Source of the DNA: a virus | Lineage: Duplodnaviria; Caudoviricetes | Reading direction: 5' to 3' (one strand) | Virus record (IMG/VR): IMGVR_UViG_3300011335_000440 | Location: 1 to 53,583 of that record | Length of the DNA: 53,583 bases | Part shown: piece by piece, positions 45,310 to 53,583 of the stretch | How positions within the stretch are numbered: the first letter of the stretch is position 1 | Layout of the letters: each line of letters starts with the position of its first letter | Program-made: the position numbers and the translations under genes | The notes under the pieces: model-generated | What the model saw: only the letters and a program-made list of their open reading frames with translations | Told to the model about the DNA's origin: nothing | Databases searched by the model: none

Positions 45310-46224
45310 ATGGCCGCCCCAATGAGAAGTACGGACTTCCGCTCGATCGTTGAGCCTATCCTCAACGAAGCATTCGACGGAGTTTATGACCAACGCGCCG
45401 ATGAATGGTCCACGGTTTTCCGTGAGCAATCCGGCATTCCACGCAACTACCATGAAGAGCCCGTTCTGTATGGTTTTGGCGCAGCACCTCAGTTGCCTGA
45501 TGGTTCGCCTGTGTCTTACCAACAAGGCGGTGTTCTCTTCCTGCAGCGCTATGTCTACCAAGTCTACGGTCTGGCTTTTGCCTTGACCAAGGTCTTGGTT
45601 GAAGATGGCGACCACATCCGCATCGGACAGACTTACGCTAAGCACTTGGCTCAATCTCTGGTTGAAACCAAAGAACTGCTTTGCGCTAACGTTCTGAATC
45701 GCGCTTTCAACAGCTCGTACACCGGTGGTGATGGCGTTTCTCTGATTAACACTGCTCACCCCATTGCAGTCGGTACTTTTAGCAACCAGTTGTCAACTGC
45801 TGCTAATCTGTCACAGACCTCTTTGGAGCAAATGCTGATTCAGATTCGCCAAGCTGTGGACAACAACGGCAAGAAGATTCGCCTGCAACCCGTTAAACTG
45901 GTTGTTGCACCTGGCAATGTCTTCCAAGCTGAAGTTCTGCTAAAGAGCGTTCTGCGTACCGGCACCGCCAACAACGACATCAACCCGATCAAATCGATTG
46001 GCTTGCTGCCCGAAGGCTGCACCGTGATCAGCCGTTTGACTTCTGCCACCAACTGGTGGGTGGAGACTGACGCGCCTGAAGGCATGAAGCTCTTGATGCG
46101 TCGTGCACTGGAGAAGACCATGGAAGGTGACTTCGAAACCGACTCCATGCGTTACAAAGCTACCGAGCGTTACATCCCCGGATGGACTGACCCTCGAGCC
46201 CTCTTCGGCACTCCTGGCGTCTAA
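45310..46224 (+). CDS. major capsid protein
   Basis: AGGAGG RBS; GFG.AP, ANVLNRAF, GGDGVSL..HP, DF.T...RYKA.ERY..GW.DPR. Confidence 0.85.
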   Translation: MAAPMRSTDFRSIVEPILNEAFDGVYDQRADEWSTVFREQSGIPRNYHEEPVLYGFGAAPQLPDGSPVSYQQGGVLFLQRYVYQVYGLAFALTKVLVEDGDHIRIGQTYAKHLAQSLVETKELLCANVLNRAFNSSYTGGDGVSLINTAHPIAVGTFSNQLSTAANLSQTSLEQMLIQIRQAVDNNGKKIRLQPVKLVVAPGNVFQAEVLLKSVLRTGTANNDINPIKSIGLLPEGCTVISRLTSATNWWVETDAPEGMKLLMRRALEKTMEGDFETDSMRYKATERYIPGWTDPRALFGTPGV

Positions 46225-46231
46225 GCCAGAC

Positions 46232-46264
46232 AGGGGCTGGCTAATACCCAGCCCCTACTTCTTT
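46232..46264 (+). terminator. intrinsic terminator-like hairpin after capsid gene
   Basis: AGGGGCTGG / CCAGCCCCT 9-bp stem followed by ACTTCTTT. Confidence 0.65.
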
Positions 46265-46293
46265 AGTCGGTCAAACTTTTCAAGGAGCAGACC

Positions 46294-47271
46294 ATGCCTC
46301 AATTTTCAGATGATCTATTTCTGGGAACGGCTGTTACCTATCAAGGCACAGACGCGTATCCCAATACCACTACTTTTACAGGCTCCATAGCCACCACCAC
46401 ACTGACTGTTACGGCAATGCTGTCAGGCGACCCCATTGTTGTGGGTATGTTTATTGATAGCGCAACCTCGTTGACCAATGGGACTTACATTACCGCTTTT
46501 GGTACCGGTACAGGTGGGGTAGGTACTTACACCGTAAGCGCCTCACAAACTGTGGCAAGCGCCACAATAGTAGGTTCTGGCAATGCTTTGTTGCAAAACC
46601 CGTCCCCTATGAGCGTAGGTGTTGGCCCGTTAGGTCGCGTCTATATCTGGGACGCTGTTCCACAAGCAAAACTGACAACCAACATTGTTGCAGCTGCAAT
46701 TACTACTGCAGCAACTTTGACGCTTGCCGCTGGTGCCGGGGTTACGTCTGTAACCACTACAAGCGGTGCTACTGTACTGCAACTTGACTGCCCTCGTGCT
46801 GTTTCTACCACCACAGGTGCCGGTAGCCCAACTACTGTTAACATCACTGTTTCAGGCTACGACTACTACGGTCAGTCCATGAGCGAGGTAATTGCAACAG
46901 GCACGGTTGCGTCAACAACTGTGAGTGGTAAAAAAGCCTTTTACCAAATCTCCAGCGTTGTTTCTTCAGGCGCAAGCGTGGTAACTGTTGCAGTAGGCAC
47001 AACCGACATCTTAGGCGCACCATTGCGCATTACTGATGCCGGATACATCACTCGTGTTGGTTGGAACAGTGCCTTAGCAGAAGATGCTGGTACTTTTGTT
47101 GCCGCCGCTACGTTGACGGCTACCACAACCACAGGGGATGTACGCGGTACCTATTTGCCCTCGTCTGCTTGTGACGGCATCAAGCGCCTTGTGATGGGAA
47201 TAGCACTTCCTGCAATTGCTGTTGGGCCTAACGCTACTCGCGTCGGTGCTCTCGGCGTAACTCAAGCCTAA
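46294..47271 (+). CDS. virion structural protein
   Basis: T/G/V-rich; follows capsid gene; AGGAG RBS. Confidence 0.6.
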   Translation: MPQFSDDLFLGTAVTYQGTDAYPNTTTFTGSIATTTLTVTAMLSGDPIVVGMFIDSATSLTNGTYITAFGTGTGGVGTYTVSASQTVASATIVGSGNALLQNPSPMSVGVGPLGRVYIWDAVPQAKLTTNIVAAAITTAATLTLAAGAGVTSVTTTSGATVLQLDCPRAVSTTTGAGSPTTVNITVSGYDYYGQSMSEVIATGTVASTTVSGKKAFYQISSVVSSGASVVTVAVGTTDILGAPLRITDAGYITRVGWNSALAEDAGTFVAAATLTATTTTGDVRGTYLPSSACDGIKRLVMGIALPAIAVGPNATRVGALGVTQA

Positions 47272-47281
47272 GGAGTAGATC

Positions 47282-47905
47282 ATGCCTGTGCATATAACAA
47301 CTGAAGACGACCGCAAAAAGCCTGAGCCACCTAAAGAGCCCGCGCCTGAAAAAGGCTATAAGCATGGCGGTAAAGCTGCCGGTGGCTTTAAACGTGAGCC
47401 TAAGATGAAGACAACTGAGCCCGCAGTTGACGAAGTCAAAATGAAAAAAGGTGGGCATGCAAAGAAAATGGCTATGGGTGGCGCACCTATGATGGACCCA
47501 CGTATGATGCCGCCTCGCGGTCGTCGTGGTGGGATGCCCATGGCACTGGCCCGCCCTGCTGCACGCTCGGCACCTGTTGATCCGCGTGAAGCTGCTGCAA
47601 TGCTGGCAAGTCGTGGCGCAGGTCGCCCGATGATGAAAGAAGGCGGCAAGGCTGACATGGCACAGGACAAGGCTATGGTTAAGAAAGCCTTTAAGCAGCA
47701 TGACGCACAAGAGCACAGCGGCGGTAAAGGCACTGACTTGAAGCTTAAAAAAGGCGGCGCAATGGCTAAATACAAAACCGGTGGCATTGTTCAAGCGTAC
47801 AAGACCGGCGGCGTAGTCAAGCCTTACAAAGATGGTGGTCATGCTGCCATGACTTGCAAGGATGTAGGCGGCTTCGTAAGCAAGAAAAAGCTCTCATCGT
47901 GCTAA
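47282..47905 (+). CDS. basic low-complexity protein with repeated K-x-G-G motifs
   Basis: YKHGG, MKKGG, MKEGG, LKKGG, YKTGG x2, YKDGG. Confidence 0.6.
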   Translation: MPVHITTEDDRKKPEPPKEPAPEKGYKHGGKAAGGFKREPKMKTTEPAVDEVKMKKGGHAKKMAMGGAPMMDPRMMPPRGRRGGMPMALARPAARSAPVDPREAAAMLASRGAGRPMMKEGGKADMAQDKAMVKKAFKQHDAQEHSGGKGTDLKLKKGGAMAKYKTGGIVQAYKTGGVVKPYKDGGHAAMTCKDVGGFVSKKKLSSC

Positions 47906-47907
47906 TC

Positions 47908-47936
47908 AAGTAGGGGCTTCGGCCCCTGCTTTCTTT
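47908..47936 (+). terminator. intrinsic terminator with cUUCGg tetraloop
   Basis: AAGTAGGGGC-TTCG-GCCCCTGCTT followed by TCTTT. Confidence 0.7.
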
Positions 47937-47946
47937 GGAGAATTAA

Positions 47947-48579
47947 ATGCGACCACTTGTACTAGGCCCATTCACGCCTGCTGTAGCCTCGACAACGGCA
48001 TTCAATGCCCAAGGTTTCACCAGCACCGGTGCGGCAACTGCACCGACCACCACATCCACATCAGACGGCTTGGCGCATTACGTCACGCTGACATCGCCTG
48101 CCCAAGCCACGCTGGCTGGCATCAATTTCACGATTGTTGGCACAGACCCCGATGGTCACGACATCAGCGACACAATTGCTGGCCCAGCAAGCGCATCGAC
48201 AGTCACAAGCACCAAGTTCTTCAAGACCGTTGCGACCATCCAGCCATCAGCGACTATGGGCGCTTTGACGCTGGCTGTCGGTATTGCGGTCACGGCCATC
48301 ACACCAACCATCGCGCTGACCAATTCAGCCGCGGCTGCCAGTATGACTGTTGCAGTAACAGGCACAGTTAACTACACGATGTACGAGACGTTTGCTAACG
48401 TATACGTGCATAGCGCAAATTCCGTGTCTACGGCAATCACTGCTTTGACATCCAAGACTGCAAACACATCTGGCACGGCTGCTGTCAGTGCAACAGGCGT
48501 CATCTTGCTTATCAACTCCGTTACGGCAAGTGCAACTGTTACAGTTTGGTTGAACCAGAATAGCGCCGGACTTGCGTAA
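47947..48579 (+). CDS. virion structural protein
   Basis: T/A/S-rich; FTIVGTD.DG....TI.G motif also echoed in the 46294 protein. Confidence 0.6.
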   Translation: MRPLVLGPFTPAVASTTAFNAQGFTSTGAATAPTTTSTSDGLAHYVTLTSPAQATLAGINFTIVGTDPDGHDISDTIAGPASASTVTSTKFFKTVATIQPSATMGALTLAVGIAVTAITPTIALTNSAAAASMTVAVTGTVNYTMYETFANVYVHSANSVSTAITALTSKTANTSGTAAVSATGVILLINSVTASATVTVWLNQNSAGLA

Positions 48580-48581
48580 TC

Positions 48582-49130
48582 ATGCCAACCAAGTCACCAG
48601 CCCAGCGCCGTCTAATGGCGGCAGCAGCGCACACTAAGGGCGGGTTTGGCGGCGTCCCACAAAAAGTTGGCAAAGAGTTTGTCAAAGCTGACAAAGGTAT
48701 GAAGAGCGGAGGCTTATATGAAAACATTCATGCAAAGCGTGAAAGAATTGCCGAAGGTTCTGGTGAGCGGATGCGTAAGCCTGGGAGTAAAGGCGCACCA
48801 ACTGCTGGAGACTTTAAAGCTGCGGCTAAAACAGCAAAAATGAAAGACGGCGGCGACCCTGTGCTAGCAGTAAGTCGCGGGGAAAAGCTGCCTACAAGCC
48901 AAGGCGCAGGGTTGACGCAAAAGGGTCGTGACAAGTTCAATAGGGCAACAGGTAGCAATCTCAAAGCCCCACAGGCAAAAGGTCCACGGCATGATTCTTT
49001 TTGCGCCCGTATGAGTGGCATGCCCGGCCCTATGAAAGACGACAAAGGTCGCCCAACACGCAAAGCTGCATCATTAGAACGCTGGCATTGCGCAACAGGT
49101 GGCAAAGTTTCAACCACTAAAAATTGGTAG
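48582..49130 (+). CDS. basic conserved phage protein
   Basis: MP.KS.AQ.RLMAA.AH, GLY.NIHAKR.RI, GAGLT.KGR, SFCARM motifs. Confidence 0.65.
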   Translation: MPTKSPAQRRLMAAAAHTKGGFGGVPQKVGKEFVKADKGMKSGGLYENIHAKRERIAEGSGERMRKPGSKGAPTAGDFKAAAKTAKMKDGGDPVLAVSRGEKLPTSQGAGLTQKGRDKFNRATGSNLKAPQAKGPRHDSFCARMSGMPGPMKDDKGRPTRKAASLERWHCATGGKVSTTKNW

Positions 49131-49133
49131 CAT

Positions 49134-50192
49134 ATGGCAACAAGTGGTACTGTCGGCGAAACCGTTATCACTGTCCAGAATCTGATTGACAGTGGGGCAC
49201 GACGTGCCGGAAAGTTGGCCGAGGAGCTCAGTGTTGAGCAAGTACAAGCTGCAAAGCAAAGTCTGTACTACTTGCTTTCTAATCTGGTCAATCGTGGGAT
49301 TCAGTACTGGTGCATCAATAAAGTGGTTTATGGGCTGGTGCCTGATCACTACATCTACACGTTGCCTGCAGGTGTCAACGACGTTCTCAATGCCAACTAC
49401 CGCACTGTTACGCAAAATACAACAGGCGGGTATAGCTCTTCAGGCAATGCTAGCTACGCTTTTGATGGGCAATACACCAACATTTGCCAGCTGACAACCA
49501 ACACCGGCTACATTGGCATCAGTAATGGCGCAGGCGGCGGCGTATACATTGGCACGGTAGGCATCTTGCCTGCTATATCAGGCTCAGTAACGCTGACCAT
49601 TCAGTACTCACAAGACAACACTAACTGGACCACGGCATACAGTCCTGGCGCCACAACCTGGGTTGCAGGCACTTGGATTTACTACGATCTGGATCCATCT
49701 GCAACTGCACCATACTGGAGAATTTTGCAATCAGCAGGCGCCAATATGGGCGTCTATCAAGTTGTGTTTGGCTCCAATGCCACTGAGATTCCTATGGCAA
49801 GGATGAATCGTGATGACTACACGAACTTGCCTAACAAGAACTTCACCAACAACTACCCGCTGCAATATTGGTTTGATCGCACAATCCCGCAGCCGTCAAT
49901 GTACCTTTGGCCTGCGCCTGCCATTTACTCACCTCAGGTTGTGGCTTGGTGCTCATATTATGTGCAGGATGTAGGTTCCCTCTCAGGGTCCATTCAAATT
50001 CCCCAGCGATGGTATCTGGCCATTCAGAATATGCTTGCGCATCAGATGGCTATGGAACTCCCAGGTGTGCCTGAAAGTCGTGTAGCGTATTGCGAGGCAC
50101 AAGGTGAAAAGTATTGGTTTCAGGCTGAGCAGGAAGAACGCGACAAGTCGCCGATTTATTTTGCGCCTAACATCAGCCCGTACACAAGATGA
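49134..50192 (+). CDS. head-to-tail adaptor-type protein with inserted beta-sandwich domain
   Basis: MATSGT, L.N.G..W, R.DY.NLPNK, P.QYWFDR, LWP.P motifs. Confidence 0.65.
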   Translation: MATSGTVGETVITVQNLIDSGARRAGKLAEELSVEQVQAAKQSLYYLLSNLVNRGIQYWCINKVVYGLVPDHYIYTLPAGVNDVLNANYRTVTQNTTGGYSSSGNASYAFDGQYTNICQLTTNTGYIGISNGAGGGVYIGTVGILPAISGSVTLTIQYSQDNTNWTTAYSPGATTWVAGTWIYYDLDPSATAPYWRILQSAGANMGVYQVVFGSNATEIPMARMNRDDYTNLPNKNFTNNYPLQYWFDRTIPQPSMYLWPAPAIYSPQVVAWCSYYVQDVGSLSGSIQIPQRWYLAIQNMLAHQMAMELPGVPESRVAYCEAQGEKYWFQAEQEERDKSPIYFAPNISPYTR

Positions 50193-50560
50193 GCGTCTGG
50201 CTTGATACTCGCGGCAACACTGTTTTATCAATCGCTATTTGCGATCGATGCAAAATGAAGCGTGCGTATTCTGACATCTCAATGGACCGTAATACTCCGG
50301 GTCTCAGAGTTTGTAATAATGGTTGCAATGATGAACGCGACCCTTACCGCTTACCTGCACGCCAGCCTGAAAAAATTGCTATTCGTTTCCCACGTCCTGA
50401 TGCACCACTTGACCCCAATGATCAGGCTATTACGACTGACCCCAATGTGGTCACAGCGCCTAATCAAACGGTTACCGGTACAACTGCAGGTGAGTATGGC
50501 ATCGCGCCTGAAACCTCTCAGGATGATCTCAATGGCAACCTTGATAACTTGAGCCCATAA
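50189..50560 (+). CDS. small CxxC-containing structural-module protein
   Basis: AICDRC...LRVC..GC.D..P...RPD. Confidence 0.6.
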   Translation: MSVWLDTRGNTVLSIAICDRCKMKRAYSDISMDRNTPGLRVCNNGCNDERDPYRLPARQPEKIAIRFPRPDAPLDPNDQAITTDPNVVTAPNQTVTGTTAGEYGIAPETSQDDLNGNLDNLSP

Positions 50561-52104
50561 TGTCCAACGTGCGCATATCACAACTACCAGCAGCACCGGT
50601 TTCACTGACAGGTACTGAATTGGTGCCTGTTGTCCAAAATGGGCAAACTGTACAAACAACAGTCAGCGCTATTCAATCTAGCCCGACGCTCACGCAAACG
50701 TTCCTTACAACCACAAACCAGCCATCACTTGCAAACAGCAGATACCTTGCTGCTGGTACAGGCGTCAATCTAACTGATGGTGGTGCGCAAAGTACTATGA
50801 CTATTGCCCTTACAGGGGCGCCTGCCAGTTTGGTGTCTGTTGGCAATGGTTTGCTTGCAAAAACCAATTCTACGACCCTGGCTGCACGTATTATCGGTGC
50901 AAGCGGTGGTCTGAGCGTCACAGATGGCGATGGAGTGGGTGGTAACCCTGCTATATCTACTACAGGCCTTCTCAGTGCACTTGCGGCAACCAGCGGCACG
51001 GGCTTGCTTGCAACAGCAGGTGGCACAACCATTACGCCTATCACTATAACAGGCGTAGCAAATCAGATTGCTGTTACTGCGGGCAATACACTGCCTGTTA
51101 TTGGACTTGCAGATAACCCTGTGCTTCCAGGCGCGGCCAGCGCAACTCTTCCAATTGGAACCACAGGCAACCGCCCCGGAACCCCAGTGAACGGGATGCT
51201 GCGTTACAATACCTCTATTGCGTTGTTTGAGGGCTATATCAACAACGCTTGGACAAGCCTCGCGTCTGGCTCAGGTGTAACGTCTATTGCCACAGGTACA
51301 GGTTTGACAGGCGGGCCTATCACCTCAACTGGCACAATCTCTATTGACAGCACTGTAGTAACATTAACCGACGCCCAGACGCTGACCAACAAGACCATCA
51401 GCGGCGCAAGCAATACGTTGAGCAACATTGCCAACGCCAGCCTGACCAACAGCACCATTTCCGGTGTGGCACTGGGCGGTAATTTATTTAACCTCACCGC
51501 AGGGACTGGCGTCTCTTTTAGCGCAGGGACTACTTATAACGGCTCTGCCGCAATCACGATTAATGCAACTGGGTCGGGTGGCACAGTTACGAGCGTTAGT
51601 TTTACTGGCGGCATCATTTCTGTGGCTACGGCCACCACAACCCCGGCATTTACGGTTGCGGGAACAAGTGGCGGGATACCTTATTTTAGCAGTGCGTCAA
51701 CTTGGGCAACATCTGCTGCCCTAACTCAGTATGGTGTGGTCTATGGCGGCGGCGCTGGCGCTTCACCTGCGTCAACTGCGGCGGGTACGGCAGGGTACGC
51801 GTTAGTTGCTAATAGTTCTTCTGCGCCAACATTCCAACAAATCAGTTTGACCGCTGGAGTTACAGGTACGTTGCCTGTACTTAATGGCGGGACTGGGGCA
51901 ACAAACGCCACTAACGCAAGGACAAACCTAGTTGCCGCCAAGTCAGGCACAAACAGTGACATCACAGAGTTGTACGCGCTGAACGGAACGTCTTACGGTG
52001 TGGCGTATCAAAACGTATCCAATCAATTAATAATGGGGTCGGCATTGACATTTAACGGCACAATGTTATTTGTACCGGGCGGAATATCTGGAGGAACTTT
52101 CTAA
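50560..52104 (+). CDS. tail fibre protein
   Basis: RISQLP, G.E.VPVVQ.G.T, GMLRYN, QTLTNKTI, NGGTGAT motifs; ends GGISGGTF. Confidence 0.75.
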   Translation: MSNVRISQLPAAPVSLTGTELVPVVQNGQTVQTTVSAIQSSPTLTQTFLTTTNQPSLANSRYLAAGTGVNLTDGGAQSTMTIALTGAPASLVSVGNGLLAKTNSTTLAARIIGASGGLSVTDGDGVGGNPAISTTGLLSALAATSGTGLLATAGGTTITPITITGVANQIAVTAGNTLPVIGLADNPVLPGAASATLPIGTTGNRPGTPVNGMLRYNTSIALFEGYINNAWTSLASGSGVTSIATGTGLTGGPITSTGTISIDSTVVTLTDAQTLTNKTISGASNTLSNIANASLTNSTISGVALGGNLFNLTAGTGVSFSAGTTYNGSAAITINATGSGGTVTSVSFTGGIISVATATTTPAFTVAGTSGGIPYFSSASTWATSAALTQYGVVYGGGAGASPASTAAGTAGYALVANSSSAPTFQQISLTAGVTGTLPVLNGGTGATNATNARTNLVAAKSGTNSDITELYALNGTSYGVAYQNVSNQLIMGSALTFNGTMLFVPGGISGGTF

Positions 52105-52105
52105 A

Positions 52106-53113
52106 ATGGCACAAGCAACTTACACCCCAATTCAGTTGTACTACAGTACGACTGCGGCGGCTATTCCAACTTCTGGCAATCTTGCCAATGGCGAGTTGGG
52201 GCTGAACATTTCAGATATGAAGCTGTACGCCAAGAACAGCGGCGGTACAGTAACTTTGCTGGCATCTAGTTCTGGCGCATCTGGCACGGTTACTTCTGTA
52301 GCGCAAACATTTACTGGTGGCATAGTTTCAGTTGCGGGTTCTCCAATAACCACTTCTGGAACATTGGCCCTCACCGTTGCTGGAACAAGTGGCGGCATTC
52401 CGTACTTCTCAAGCGCATCAACATGGGCAACTAGCGCGGCGTTGACAGCCAGCGCGTTGATGGTTGGCGGCGGCGCTGGAGCAGCCCCAAGCACCGTAAC
52501 CACTGGCACGGGTGTTGTGACCGCTCTGGGCGTGAATACAGGCTCCGCAGGCGCATTTGTGGTCAATGGCGGGGCATTGGGCACGCCTTCCAGCGGAACG
52601 GTGACCAATTTGACCGGAACTGCGTCCATCAACATCAATGGAACCGTAGGTGCAACTACTGCGAGTACCGGGGTATTTACCACGGTAACACTTAACGGTA
52701 CATCATCGGCAACAGCGCTTACCACACCCAACATACTGGAAGTGGACACCATCTCCGCGACTGCTGCAACCGGAACCATCAACTACGATGTGACCACGCA
52801 GTCCGTGCTGTACTACACCAGCAATGCATCGGGCAACTGGACGCTCAACTTCCGTGGCTCCAGCGGCACATCGCTGAACACTGTGATGGCTACTGGAGAA
52901 TCTCTGTCCGCTACCTTCCTCGTCACCAACGGCACAACGGCCTACTACAACTCTGCCGTAACGATTGACGGCACATCGGTGACCCCAAAGTGGCAGGGTG
53001 GCTCTGCGCCCACAAGCGGCAACGCAAGCTCCACTGACTGCTACACCTACGTCATCCAGAAGACCGGAAGCGCCACCTACGTTGTGTTGGCCTCGCAGAC
53101 CAAGTTCGCATAA
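52106..53113 (+). CDS. tail fibre protein
   Basis: PIQL..P..L.NGELGLN..D.KLY N-domain; T/G/S-rich; KW.GG.AP...D.Y.Y C-domain. Confidence 0.75.
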   Translation: MAQATYTPIQLYYSTTAAAIPTSGNLANGELGLNISDMKLYAKNSGGTVTLLASSSGASGTVTSVAQTFTGGIVSVAGSPITTSGTLALTVAGTSGGIPYFSSASTWATSAALTASALMVGGGAGAAPSTVTTGTGVVTALGVNTGSAGAFVVNGGALGTPSSGTVTNLTGTASININGTVGATTASTGVFTTVTLNGTSSATALTTPNILEVDTISATAATGTINYDVTTQSVLYYTSNASGNWTLNFRGSSGTSLNTVMATGESLSATFLVTNGTTAYYNSAVTIDGTSVTPKWQGGSAPTSGNASSTDCYTYVIQKTGSATYVVLASQTKFA

Positions 53114-53123
53114 GGGATAACCG

Positions 53124-53583
53124 ATGCCACGCCTTTCAAAAATCGGAGCCGCTGCACTTGCCGCATTTGGGTGGACTTCTGGTTCTGCTGTTTCCGCAAG
53201 CTACCTTGTAGTTGCTGGTGGGGGCGCGGGTGGAAACGATAGGTCTGGCGGTGGCGGCGCTGGGGGCTTACTTACGGGTACTGCATCCTTAAACCCAACA
53301 CTTTCATACACAGTAACGGTTGGTGCTGGCGGCGCAACAAGCGCAACATCATTAGGCTCTGGAAACAATGGGTCAAACTCAGTTTTTAACGCCTTAACAG
53401 CTATTGGCGGTGGTGGTGGTGCTGGAACCACTTCTATAAATGGACTTTCGGGCGGTTCTGGTGGTGGCGGTAACACCCCATCTGGTACTGGCGGCGCGGG
53501 TACATCGGGGCAAGGCAACGCTGGTGGAGCGGGAAGCACAGGGGCAACGGGTTACTGCTCAGGCGGTGGCGGCGGTGCTGGCG
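53124..53583 (+). CDS. glycine-rich tail-associated protein (3' truncated)
   Basis: Read manually: MPRLSKIG...YLVVAGGGAGG...GGGGAGG...YTVTVGAGG. Confidence 0.7.
   Translation, partial: MPRLSKIGAAALAAFGWTSGSAVSASYLVVAGGGAGGNDRSGGGGAGGLLTGTASLNPTLSYTVTVGAGGATSATSLGSGNNGSNSVFNALTAIGGGGGAGTTSINGLSGGSGGGGNTPSGTGGAGTSGQGNAGGAGSTGATGYCSGGGGGAG

Noticed and set aside
50560-53113. Diversity-generating retroelement suggested by the Mtd-like N-domain and duplicated segment
   Set aside because: No reverse transcriptase seen in the window; differences between the copies are synonymous and not adenine-specific

Overview
The window is an almost complete, circularly permuted genome of a tailed dsDNA phage with podovirus-like gene content. 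It begins and ends inside tail-fibre genes. No integrase, repressor or tRNA was recognised, so it is probably lytic. Layout: (+) tail, lysis and internal virion (ejection) genes at 1-13045; (-) early, replication and DNA-modification arm at 13042-29247 (small early ORFs, DUF932-like protein, pyrimidine-dimer-glycosylase-like protein, MazG-like NTP pyrophosphatase, family A polymerase, Cas4-like exonuclease, VRR-NUC, SNF2-like helicase); divergent promoter region at ~29250-29510; (+) primase-helicase, AT-rich putative origin, terminase, two large inserted genes, portal, GroES-like protein, scaffold, capsid, adaptor and tail fibres at 29515-53583. The most notable element is a contiguous three-gene block at 13979-16567. 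It encodes a GT-B-like glycosyltransferase, a dNMP kinase fused to a divergent uracil-DNA-glycosylase-like domain, and a thymidylate-synthase homologue carrying the cytosine-specifying Asp of dCMP hydroxymethylases. With the MazG-like enzyme this suggests a compact cytosine hypermodification pathway in a small PolA phage. All family assignments come from motifs read by eye and recalled family knowledge; no searches were run.
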